Shown here: positions 7,681-15,844 of the stretch, piece after piece
Layout: each line of letters opens with the position of its first letter
How positions within the stretch are numbered: the first letter of the stretch is position 1
From: a virus
Taxonomy: Duplodnaviria; Caudoviricetes
Virus record (IMG/VR): IMGVR_UViG_3300020043_009093
Coordinates: 1-27,024 of that record
Length of the DNA: 27,024 nucleotides
Reading direction: 5' to 3' (one strand)
Notes under the pieces: model-generated
What the model was told of the DNA's origin: nothing
The model's input: the letters and a program-made list of their open reading frames with translations, nothing else
Database searches by the model: none
Program-made: the position numbers and the translations under genes

Positions 7681-7720
7681 AAACGTAAAACACTTAATAG
7701 TACAAAGGGTTGGGGTAGAT

Positions 7721-8299
7721 ATGTCTGAGAAAAAAATATCAAGTCGCGTAGTCACGCCTGAATTTCGGGTTTCGTTTCCGAGCGTTTTCCAAGCGAAAAT
7801 GAACGATATGAGCGGCAAAGAAGAATATTCTGTCGTCGCGTTGTTTCCAAAAAACGCTGACTTATCCGCGCTGAAAGCCTTAGCGCAAAAAGTAATTCAA
7901 GAAAAATGGCCTGACGGCACACCGTCGAATTTTCGCTCTCCATTTCGCAATCAAGGCGAGAAAAAGAAGACTGAGAACGGCAAGACTTTCTTACCAGACG
8001 GGTACGAAGACGGCGCGGTTTTCATCAACTTAAAGTCGCAACAAAAGCCAGGCGTTGTGGATGGCTCAATGCAGCCCATTCTCTCGGCCACTGATTTCTA
8101 CCCTGGCTGCTACGCACGAGCATCCGTTAGCTGCTACGCGTACGACATCAAGGGCAACCGTGGTGTTGCTTTCGGTCTTGGAAATATCCAAAAGGTTCGT
8201 GACGGCGAAGCATTCGGCGGCCGCAGCAAACCAGAAGAAGATTTTGCTCCCATCGCTGGTGCAGCAACTTCGCAAGTAGTGGACCCTTTCGCAGTATAA
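7721..8299 (+). CDS. Single-stranded DNA-binding protein (DUF2815, gp2.5-like)
   Basis: RVSFPSVF, FYPGCYARAS and GNRGVAFGLGNIQKVRDGE motifs, acidic/aromatic tail, and position between DUF2800 and the polymerase. ATG 7721 preferred. Confidence 0.9.
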   Translation: MSEKKISSRVVTPEFRVSFPSVFQAKMNDMSGKEEYSVVALFPKNADLSALKALAQKVIQEKWPDGTPSNFRSPFRNQGEKKKTENGKTFLPDGYEDGAVFINLKSQQKPGVVDGSMQPILSATDFYPGCYARASVSCYAYDIKGNRGVAFGLGNIQKVRDGEAFGGRSKPEEDFAPIAGAATSQVVDPFAV

Positions 8300-8314
8300 C
8301 CGTTCCTTCGAGAG

Positions 8315-8384
8315 TCCTGGCTTCATGTGGGTAACTGCATGCGGTGTCTCTGTCGGCGCTCGACCCGTCTCCGGGCAGCCAGGA
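8315..8384 (+). ncRNA. Multi-stem RNA motif, copy B (polymerase leader)
   Basis: TCCTGGCT/AGCCAGGA closes CATGTGG-GTAA-CTGCATG, GTGTC/GGCGC and CCCG/CGGG hairpins. Confidence 0.65.
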
Positions 8385-8392
8385 AATTAAAA

Positions 8393-10456
8393 GTGGCAGA
8401 AATTCTCTACATAGATTTTGAAACGCGCTCCGAAGCTGAGCTCAAAGATACGGGCGTGCATCTCTACGCTGAAGATGCAAGTACCAGAATTCTCTGCACA
8501 GGCTTCGCGTTTGACGACGAGCCACCGCTATTAGCGAAGGGCGATGAGATCCATCCCGCAGTGAGAGAACACGTAGCAGCTAGAAAACTCGTCGTGGCTC
8601 ACAACGCAGCGTTTGAATTAGCGCTTTGGAATCTGGTCGGAACTCTCAGATACAAGTGGCCGAAGCTACTGGCTAGCCAAATGAGCTGTACGATGGCCAG
8701 AGCGCTTGCCATGGGGCTGCCCGGCGCTTTAGCTCGTTGCGCTCCTGCCCTTGGTCTTGACGTCGAGAAAGACGCCAAAGGCCATCGCACTATGTTGGAG
8801 CTTTGCAAACCATTAGAATACGTAAACGGCAAACCAGTCTACGAGAACAGCCCTGAGAAATTCCAGCGGCTGTACGACTACTGCCTAACGGATGTCGTTG
8901 TAGAGCGAGAAATCCACAAGCGAATTTTAAAGCTGTCCGACAAAGAAACAGCGATTTGGAATTTAGATCAAAAAATTAATTGGCGAGGAGTGCACGTCGA
9001 CATTCCAGCTTGTCGAGTAGCCAGCCACATTATCGATGACACGCAGAAGAGTTTAGACGACGAGCTTAGAAGAGTTTCTGGAAACCGCATTGCGTCTTAT
9101 CGTGCGCACGTTCAAGTGGCAGAATGGGTTAGGTCCCGTGGCGTTGAAACCGAAGGAGTGGACAAAAATGCTGTTATCTCTCTGCTTGCTCGCAATGATC
9201 TGCCTAGTGACGTTCGCCGCGTATTGGAGATACGCCAAGAAGCTGCAAAATCTTCCACCGCAAAACTTAAGGCCTTTCTTACTGGTACAAGCGCTGACGG
9301 GCGAATCCGGGGAATCTTTCAATACCACCAAGCGACGACGGGCCGCTGGGCCGGACGTCGAATTCAACCACAGAATTTTCCAAGACCACACTTAAGCAAA
9401 GAACAAATCGAAGACGCATTCGCGTGCTTTAACGGCAATGGTCCAAAGATCTGGATGAAGGACGAAAGCTGGATGCGCATTATAGCCAGTTGCTTGCGCG
9501 GCATGATGTGCGCAGCGCCTGGGAAAATACTTGTTGGCGCAGACTCGTCGTCAATTGAAGCTCGCGCATTAGCGTGGTTAGCAGGAGAGGAATCCGTTCT
9601 TGAAATCTTTAAAACGCACGGAAAGATCTACGAGCATGCTGCCGCCGCCATTTTTGCCGTGCTTATGTCGGCCGTCTCGGAAGAGGAAAGGCACGTCGGA
9701 AAAGTCTCTACCCTTGCATTGGGCTTTCAAGGAGGCGTCGGGGCACTCCACACGATGGCCACGGCGTACAGAGTGGATCTTTCACGCGCATTGTCCTCAC
9801 TGTGGGAGCGAGCAGATTGCGAAATTCGTGACCGCGCTCGGGCCAGATATGAAGATAAAAAAGTTATCAAGCCAGCAGGAATTTCTAAACAGCAATGGTT
9901 CGCTGCGGAACTTACGAAAGTGTTCTGGCGGAAAGCCAATCCGAATATCGTTTCGTACTGGTATGCAGTGGAAAAAGCGGCTATGGAGGCAACAGCTAGC
10001 CCAGGATCGACGACAACTGCCGGTGCAATAGGCGCTGAAGTAAAGTTTAAAAAAGCTGGCTCGTTTCTTTTCTGCAAACTGCCAAGCGGCAGAAATCTCT
10101 GCTACCCATACGCCACTCTCGGCGAAACCACCACTTCGTGGGGAGAGAAGAAGCTAGCGCTCAAATACATGGCAATCGATAGTGTCACCGGGAAGTGGGA
10201 GCGCCAGACGACGTACGGTGGGAGCATCGTCGAGAACATCACGCAAGGGGTTGCTCGTGACGTCCTGGCTGAAGGCATGCTGCGAGCTGAAGACCGTGGC
10301 TATCCAATCGTCTTGCATGTGCACGATGAGATCGTTGCAGAAGTAGAAAAGGGATCTGCAAAAGAACTTTCAGATATTCTCTCGGTGGTTCCACCTTGGG
10401 CACCGGGTTTGCCACTCGCAGCTAAGGGTTGGGAAGGGCAACGGTACCAAAAGTGA
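8393..10456 (+). CDS. Family A DNA polymerase (APSE/SPO2-like) with 3'-5' exonuclease
   Basis: Exonuclease motifs IDFET, HNAAFE and YCLTD; TTGRWAG; motif A DSSSIEAR, motif B RHVGKVSTLALGF and motif C HVHDE. GTG 8393 preferred as start. Confidence 0.95.
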   Translation: MAEILYIDFETRSEAELKDTGVHLYAEDASTRILCTGFAFDDEPPLLAKGDEIHPAVREHVAARKLVVAHNAAFELALWNLVGTLRYKWPKLLASQMSCTMARALAMGLPGALARCAPALGLDVEKDAKGHRTMLELCKPLEYVNGKPVYENSPEKFQRLYDYCLTDVVVEREIHKRILKLSDKETAIWNLDQKINWRGVHVDIPACRVASHIIDDTQKSLDDELRRVSGNRIASYRAHVQVAEWVRSRGVETEGVDKNAVISLLARNDLPSDVRRVLEIRQEAAKSSTAKLKAFLTGTSADGRIRGIFQYHQATTGRWAGRRIQPQNFPRPHLSKEQIEDAFACFNGNGPKIWMKDESWMRIIASCLRGMMCAAPGKILVGADSSSIEARALAWLAGEESVLEIFKTHGKIYEHAAAAIFAVLMSAVSEEERHVGKVSTLALGFQGGVGALHTMATAYRVDLSRALSSLWERADCEIRDRARARYEDKKVIKPAGISKQQWFAAELTKVFWRKANPNIVSYWYAVEKAAMEATASPGSTTTAGAIGAEVKFKKAGSFLFCKLPSGRNLCYPYATLGETTTSWGEKKLALKYMAIDSVTGKWERQTTYGGSIVENITQGVARDVLAEGMLRAEDRGYPIVLHVHDEIVAEVEKGSAKELSDILSVVPPWAPGLPLAAKGWEGQRYQK

Positions 10457-12615
10457 CGCTATTACAACGAGCGCAGCGTTTAGCTAGCTTCGGCTTTCGA
10501 GTCTTTCCCCTTCAGCCAGATGGGAAGTTTCCGGCCGTTACTGAGTTTCCCCAAGTAGCTACGTCAGACCCGAAACAAGTCGAAGTGTTTTGGAAGTGTC
10601 CAGTACTTGAAATAGAGCAGCCATTTAATATTGGCATCTCGACCGACGGTCTTCTCGTCGTGGATGTCGACGTAACAAACGGCAAAGCGGGGATGCAGTC
10701 GTTAGAGGCTTGGGACATTCTTGGCTACGAGCTACCACAAACTTTTGAGCAGATAACCGCAAGTGGCGGAAAGCATTTAGTTTTTAAAACGAATTTGCGT
10801 GTTGGAAACAGCGTGCAAAAAATCGCGGCCGGCATCGACGTGCGTGGGGTTGGGGGATATATCGTCGGTGCCGGTAGCCGGATTGGGGCAGATATGTACA
10901 GTGCGAACTGGTCTGAGATAGCAGACGCGCCAGGGTGGTTAGTGAAAATGTGTTTGGCAGAAGAAGCCAAGCAGCCACTTTCAAAGACTGATCTCAAAGC
11001 AGATCAACAGCTAGCGTTTGATAGAGCCATTGATTATTTAAGCCGCGCTCCGAGAGCGATCGAGCACGAAGGCGCGAATCAAACCACCTACCAAGTGGCG
11101 GCCAAGCTCAAAGACTTAGGGCTAGATCAAAGCATGTGCGTTGCTTTGATGTTTGAAGATTGGAACGATAAAAATCCAAACCCGTGGCCGATTGAGAAAC
11201 TAGAATCTATCGTCGATAACGCGTATAGGTACGGTAAAAATCCGCAAGGTGTTCTGTCGCCAGAAGCTGATTTTGAAGCCATTCCACAAGCGCCAGCGCC
11301 GATAGATGAGATCGAGGAACTAAACAAGGAATTTGCGTTCGTATTGGCAGGGGGCGGCTACCGCATCCTTAGAGAAACAGACGATTCAGACGGCAGACCC
11401 ACAGTCGAGCACTTGCAAGAGCTCTCTTTCCACAGACGATTCTGCTCAAAGACTAAACTCGTTGGGGATAAACGAGTGGCTGTGACAAAGCTATGGATGA
11501 ATTCACCAAATCGCAGAACGTATGACGGTTTTGTTTTTCGCCCAGGGCTGCCAACGCCAGATCGATTTTATAATTTGTTCCGTGGCTTTGCCGTAACGCC
11601 AGCTGATGAAAACTCTCAGTTTCCAGAAGCTGCGCACGTCGGGTTTAAAAACTACCTAGAGCACACGCTGCGAAACATTTGTGACGGCGACGCTAGCCTC
11701 TTTGATTGGCTGATAAAGTACTTGGCGCATGTCGTGCAAAAGCCTTGGGAAAAACCGCACACGGCACTTGTTTTGAAAGGCAGAAAAGGCGTCGGCAAGA
11801 ACGTCTTTATCGAGCAGTTTGGCAATCTTCTGGGTAGCAATCACGCTCTTTACACTGCGGAACCGCGCTACGTTGGCGGTCAGTTCAACGGCCATTTAGA
11901 GCGGCTGCTGTTATTCGTACTGGACGAAGCGGTCTGGGCTGGCGACAAGAAGATGAACAGTGTCCTAAAAAACTTGATCACGGGTAAGCAGCACGTGATC
12001 GAGCACAAAGGCCAAGAGGCTTACGTCGTCGACAACTTGCTTCGCATGGTCATCATGGGTAACGACAAGTGGCTGGTTCCGGCGTCGGAAGATGAACGAA
12101 GGTACGCGGTGTTTAACGTCGCAGAGCACCACCAGAAAAACGTTAGGTTTTTTAGGTCTATCGTCGAAGGCATGAAAGCGGGAGGGGATAGGTTGCTTTT
12201 ACAATACTTGATGGGCATCGATATTTCTGATTTCGAGATTAACACCGCGCCTCTGACCAAAGGATTGCTCGACCAAAAACTAGAGTCTGGCGATCCAATC
12301 GATCAGTGGTGGTACGAATGCTTAAATCAGGCAGAAGTTCTGGGCTCGGAGTTCTCAGACGAGTGGCCAAAAGACGTGGGCAGGGACGGTTTGCGCAAAG
12401 CTATGATTAGCTACTCGAAAGAGAAAAACATTCGATCTCGGCATGAAGGAGAGGTCTGGTTTTCACGGCACATGCGGCTTGTCTGCCCTTCAGCAAAGAT
12501 CGTTAAGATGACTAAAGAAGGCAGTCGAGGCAGGTTCTTCCAGTTGCCGGATATTGCTGAAGCTAGAAAACAGTTTGAAGCGTACATAGGACATGAAATG
12601 GAGTGGGACACGTGA
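10453..12615 (+). CDS. Bifunctional primase-polymerase fused to an SF3 (DUF5906/NrS-1-like) helicase
   Basis: N-terminal VFPL, NIGI, VVDVD, TASGGKH and IDVRG.GGY prim-pol motifs; Walker A GRKGVGKN, Walker B LDE and ERRY. GTGA overlap with the polymerase stop. Confidence 0.9.
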   Translation: MTLLQRAQRLASFGFRVFPLQPDGKFPAVTEFPQVATSDPKQVEVFWKCPVLEIEQPFNIGISTDGLLVVDVDVTNGKAGMQSLEAWDILGYELPQTFEQITASGGKHLVFKTNLRVGNSVQKIAAGIDVRGVGGYIVGAGSRIGADMYSANWSEIADAPGWLVKMCLAEEAKQPLSKTDLKADQQLAFDRAIDYLSRAPRAIEHEGANQTTYQVAAKLKDLGLDQSMCVALMFEDWNDKNPNPWPIEKLESIVDNAYRYGKNPQGVLSPEADFEAIPQAPAPIDEIEELNKEFAFVLAGGGYRILRETDDSDGRPTVEHLQELSFHRRFCSKTKLVGDKRVAVTKLWMNSPNRRTYDGFVFRPGLPTPDRFYNLFRGFAVTPADENSQFPEAAHVGFKNYLEHTLRNICDGDASLFDWLIKYLAHVVQKPWEKPHTALVLKGRKGVGKNVFIEQFGNLLGSNHALYTAEPRYVGGQFNGHLERLLLFVLDEAVWAGDKKMNSVLKNLITGKQHVIEHKGQEAYVVDNLLRMVIMGNDKWLVPASEDERRYAVFNVAEHHQKNVRFFRSIVEGMKAGGDRLLLQYLMGIDISDFEINTAPLTKGLLDQKLESGDPIDQWWYECLNQAEVLGSEFSDEWPKDVGRDGLRKAMISYSKEKNIRSRHEGEVWFSRHMRLVCPSAKIVKMTKEGSRGRFFQLPDIAEARKQFEAYIGHEMEWDT

Positions 12616-12800
12616 GGAAAGAAGAGTTTTTAACAACGGCACAAGTGGCAAAACGGTTGAAAATAAAACCGCACACACTTGAAAATTGGAGATGGGCCGG
12701 TAAGGGGCCTAAGTTCCACAAGTTCGAGTACATGGTGCTCTACCATGTTCGAGACGTAGAACAGTTCGAGCGGATGAAAACGCGCGCGCAATCCATTTAA
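12612..12800 (+). CDS. Excisionase/AlpA-like HTH protein
   Basis: FLTTAQVAKRLKIKPHTLENWRWAGKGPKF pattern; GTGA overlap with the upstream stop. Confidence 0.85.
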   Translation: MRKEEFLTTAQVAKRLKIKPHTLENWRWAGKGPKFHKFEYMVLYHVRDVEQFERMKTRAQSI

Positions 12801-12852
12801 TTGCAAATCCGCGAGCAAAAATTCACCAAAAAAATCAATGTGTTGCGGTGCG

Positions 12853-12882
12853 TTGACAATTTTTGCTTGCGTGTGGTACGCC
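12853..12882 (+). promoter_or_regulatory. Possible sigma70 promoter overlapped by a 14-bp imperfect inverted repeat
   Basis: Perfect TTGACA at 12853-12858 and a weak extended -10 (TGgTACGCC). Inverted-repeat arms at 12810-12823 and 12858-12871. Confidence 0.4.
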
Positions 12883-12889
12883 CGGAATC

Positions 12890-12948
12890 GCTCGCCAGCA
12901 ACAGGTCTTCGGGCGCACGGTGTTTCCGTCAGGTCTAGCGCGGCGAGC
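12890..12948 (+). ncRNA. Small three-way-junction RNA with a cUUCGg loop
   Basis: GCTCGCC/GGCGAGC closes GTC-TTCG-GGC and ACGG-TGTTT-CCGT. Confidence 0.45.
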
Positions 12949-12972
12949 TTATAATCAAGAAAGAGCTATGCG

Positions 12973-13020
12973 ATGACGACAGACATCGACCACGCCATCT
13001 CGTCAGGAGGAATCTCCTGA
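12973..13020 (+). CDS. Putative leader peptide MTTDIDHAISSGGIS
   Basis: Purine-rich AAGAAAGAG upstream; the stop overlaps the next start (TGATG). Confidence 0.35.
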   Translation: MTTDIDHAISSGGIS

Positions 13021-13256
13021 TGCCAGTTACCAAATTCACCAAATCACGTTGGGCAGAAGGGGCAATCGTTGCATACGCAACTTGCTTCTCTCATGAACCA
13101 GTCACTGACGTAAAAATCCGAGCCGATGTGCTCATCGCGGATTTGCTAGTAGACTTGCAACACTACTGCGAAGTCAGAGGCTATCACTTCAAGACGCTTG
13201 TTGAATACGCTCTTGAGCAATACCAAATCGAAAAACTAGTCGAGGAGAAACCATGA
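13020..13256 (+). CDS. Hypothetical protein
   Basis: AGGAGG SD; helical IADLLVDLQHYC motif; ATGA coupling to the next gene. Confidence 0.75.
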   Translation: MPVTKFTKSRWAEGAIVAYATCFSHEPVTDVKIRADVLIADLLVDLQHYCEVRGYHFKTLVEYALEQYQIEKLVEEKP

Positions 13257-13525
13257 GAAAACTTAAAAGTTCTTTCGGAGATACGACGATAAACGTTGTT
13301 CGGCATATCATCTTGAAAAATTTCTGGGAGTACTACGTCACAGACAGAGACTGCGGAAACATCGACCTTGTGGAAGCACTAGTCATCAGTTTCGAAACTG
13401 AAATCGGCGACGTGTACCTCCCAGAAATCCGGCCGTACATCATAACGGAAACAAGACAACTCGACGAAGTAATGCCAGCACCAAACTGGGAATGGATCGA
13501 CGAGCCGAAGGAGAGAAAGTCATGA
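13253..13525 (+). CDS. DUF2958-like protein
   Basis: WEYYVT...LV..FETEIGDVYL.EI resembles the DUF2958 pattern; GAGGAG SD. Confidence 0.55.
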   Translation: MRKLKSSFGDTTINVVRHIILKNFWEYYVTDRDCGNIDLVEALVISFETEIGDVYLPEIRPYIITETRQLDEVMPAPNWEWIDEPKERKS

Positions 13526-14034
13526 AACGGATATTCGACCACCAGCTACGAGAAAGGTTCGAGGAATTTCTAAATGAGATGCACGAAGACCCAGTTACCA
13601 TCTGCGGGGGCACGCCGAAGGCGGCGAAGTTTGACGAAAGGAAAACGAGCATTATGAAACACACAAAAGGACCTTTACCAATATACACAGTGCAGATAGA
13701 GAATTTGGCCACTCAAGAGTTTGAAAGTATTAACGCTGCAATTGATTATGCCGCTAGACACGTTTACTTAGCGCCACGTCACCTTGACATGCTTGAGGCA
13801 GCATTGCGCGGCGGTCAAGAATACACGTATGAGTACGGCTTTAAGGCGGTAACTTTATCTGCATCGGCAAAAGAAATTCCAAAAGATCTCATCGCCGCCG
13901 CGCCTGAATTATTGAGCGCACTAAAAGCGATCCTGAAACACGTAGATTGCTTTTGCGAAGAAACCTCAGACAGCCGATTTGGTTGCCCGATACACGCCGC
14001 AGAAGACGCGATAAAAAAAGCAGAGGGGAAATAA
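13522..14034 (+). CDS. Hypothetical phage protein with LIAAAPELL motif; second in-frame start at 13654
   Basis: AAGGAG SD before ATG 13522 and AAGGA before ATG 13654 (MKHTKGP...). Confidence 0.7.
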   Translation: MKRIFDHQLRERFEEFLNEMHEDPVTICGGTPKAAKFDERKTSIMKHTKGPLPIYTVQIENLATQEFESINAAIDYAARHVYLAPRHLDMLEAALRGGQEYTYEYGFKAVTLSASAKEIPKDLIAAAPELLSALKAILKHVDCFCEETSDSRFGCPIHAAEDAIKKAEGK

Positions 14035-14037
14035 ATT

Positions 14038-14145
14038 ATGCGTTTCACTTTTTTAAACTATCACGTCGATCTAAATACCGAAGGAATGTACGAGTACCGC
14101 GATGGAAACTACTTCGAAAAGGGAGAGGAGCAGAGCGATGAATGA
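14038..14145 (+). CDS. Small hypothetical protein (35 aa, MRFTFLNYHVDLNTEGMYEYRDGNYFEKGEEQSDE)
   Basis: Not in the ORF track. GAGGGG SD; fills the gap and overlaps the integrase start. Confidence 0.5.
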   Translation: MRFTFLNYHVDLNTEGMYEYRDGNYFEKGEEQSDE

Positions 14146-15058
14146 AAACTACACAGTAGGAAAACTCAGTACGGTTAATCGCCTTTTCAAATACGCTTGG
14201 CGAGTCCATTGGCAGCAAGACCAGTACATGAAATCAGGCTGGGCAATGGAAGTTTGGAAGTACTGGCATGGGCATTTAGAAGCTCGCTTTGGCCATAGAG
14301 AAGCTCGCAGTATTAAGTCTTCCGTGGTGCGTGAGTTCCATCGGGAACTCGCCGAAACGCCCGTGACGGCAAATCGATGTCTCGAAGTGCTGTCACGGGT
14401 TTTCTCCTTAGCCGAGGAGCATGACCTATTACCGCGAGGCACTAATCCGTGCAAGGGAGTCAAGGCATATCCAGAACGCAAACGCTCTCGCTATGCCTCC
14501 AATGCGGAACTGGCTAGGCTCACTGCCGCGTTAACCGGCTACCGTAATACCAAGCCAAGGGAAGTAGCTTTCATCGAGCTATTGCTGCTAACAGGAATGC
14601 GGCCAAAAGCGATGATGGCGGCTCGCTGGGAACAACTCGTTATTGGTGACGATGGCGTGGGCGTCTTAACCGCGCCAGGTAAAACTAGCGGCACTACAGA
14701 CGACGAAGAAGTTACCATCTTCCCGCCAAGAGCCATCGCTATCGCTGAAACACTTCAAGCCCCTGCCGTATTAAGTTCAGGAGCAAGGGTCGGTTTCATC
14801 ATTGGACAAGTGAAGTATCGGGCTTTTTGGGCAAGGGTCTGTAAGGAAGCTAGCTGTGATGGGCTTTGGTTGAGAGACTTGCGGCGCACGTTCTCAACGC
14901 TCGCCCGGTCAGCCGGGGTTTCGATGGATACTATCGCTGCCCTGCTTAACCACCGCTCGGTTCAAACCACCAAAGTCTACGCTAAAGTCCTGCCGCTTGA
15001 GCGCATCGAATCCGCCAAGCAAATCAGCTCCCACGTTCTGCAAATATTCCGGCCTTAA
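14138..15058 (+). CDS. int: Tyrosine recombinase / integrase
   Basis: TGMR, LRDLRRT, LLNH and TKVYAK catalytic positions; core-binding region PVTANRCLEVLSRVF..A. GAGGAG SD before ATG 14138. Confidence 0.9.
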   Translation: MNENYTVGKLSTVNRLFKYAWRVHWQQDQYMKSGWAMEVWKYWHGHLEARFGHREARSIKSSVVREFHRELAETPVTANRCLEVLSRVFSLAEEHDLLPRGTNPCKGVKAYPERKRSRYASNAELARLTAALTGYRNTKPREVAFIELLLLTGMRPKAMMAARWEQLVIGDDGVGVLTAPGKTSGTTDDEEVTIFPPRAIAIAETLQAPAVLSSGARVGFIIGQVKYRAFWARVCKEASCDGLWLRDLRRTFSTLARSAGVSMDTIAALLNHRSVQTTKVYAKVLPLERIESAKQISSHVLQIFRP

Positions 15059-15109
15059 AAAAGCTCCGGCTCGATTGACGAAGTGTGAAAGCTTCGCAAT
15101 CGAGCCGGA
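15057..15109 (-). terminator. Intrinsic terminator at the convergence of the two arms
   Basis: 13-bp perfect stem TCCGGCTCGATTG/CAATCGAGCCGGA plus CGAAG/CTTCG, followed by GCTTTTTT on the - strand. Confidence 0.7.
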
Positions 15110-15134
15110 ACACGCTCTGCGGGAGTGCAGAAAA

Positions 15135-15635
15135 TCAAAGCTTAGAAGCAGCAAACCGCACGATTTCCTTCGGAATAAAACTCATCCCCGGAACGAAAGA
15201 CTGAAGCACTTTTTCGTCTTTGTCCAATACTGCCCCGCCAGGGATAGCCATGTTTTTGCCTACCCATTTGCGGAACAATTGCCATTGCCAGGGGTCTGGA
15301 AAGGCTAGGGCTGTTAAGTGCAGGGAATCCCGGTACCGTTCGGCCGTCTCGACTGTCGGTTTACGGTTGGCCGAGCCAACGTCGTAAAACCGAAATTCGA
15401 TTTGTGCCTTCTGATCGGCCGGCAGTTTATCGAATTCGGCCTGGACGGCCGGCAAGTCACGCTTGCAGAACGTGCACCATTCCGCGCCAAACACGGCTAG
15501 GATCACTTTCTTGCCGGGGGCCGGGGGCTTTGGTTGGACCGGCGCCACGGGAATGATCTCGGGTCTTTGAGAAGGCAAGTTCTCCTGGCCACAGCCGACC
15601 ATGACAAACAGCGCTAGGCTCAAAAGGATTTTCAC
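15135..15635 (-). CDS. Thioredoxin-fold (TlpA-like) lipoprotein
   Basis: Signal peptide with lipobox MVGC, Pro-rich linker, FGAEWCTFC active site and AIP cis-proline position. Confidence 0.85.
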   Translation of the reverse strand: MKILLSLALFVMVGCGQENLPSQRPEIIPVAPVQPKPPAPGKKVILAVFGAEWCTFCKRDLPAVQAEFDKLPADQKAQIEFRFYDVGSANRKPTVETAERYRDSLHLTALAFPDPWQWQLFRKWVGKNMAIPGGAVLDKDEKVLQSFVPGMSFIPKEIVRFAASKL

Positions 15636-15844
15636 TTGGAAAACCGGACGATCATCTCAGCTCGTGCGAGTTCGGCTTCGCGGTCTTTTTCGTTCAAAAC
15701 CGCACCGACTCCTTCGGCGTTCTCTACGACAAGCGCCATGCTGAGATTTGGATTTGGTTGTTGCGGGTCAGAGTCTTTACCGCAGCCTACAGTGACAAAT
15801 AGAATTGCCATCGTGAGCACGACGCTGGAAAGAATAGCTTTCAT
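15632..15844 (-). CDS. Small lipoprotein
   Basis: MKAILSSVVLTMAILFVTVGC lipoprotein signal; overlaps both neighbours. Confidence 0.7.
   Translation of the reverse strand: MKAILSSVVLTMAILFVTVGCGKDSDPQQPNPNLSMALVVENAEGVGAVLNEKDREAELARAEMIVRFSK

Noticed and set aside
8327-8392. N-terminal extension of the polymerase from the GTG at 8327
   Set aside because: It lies within the structured RNA, and the exonuclease motif begins right after GTG 8393.
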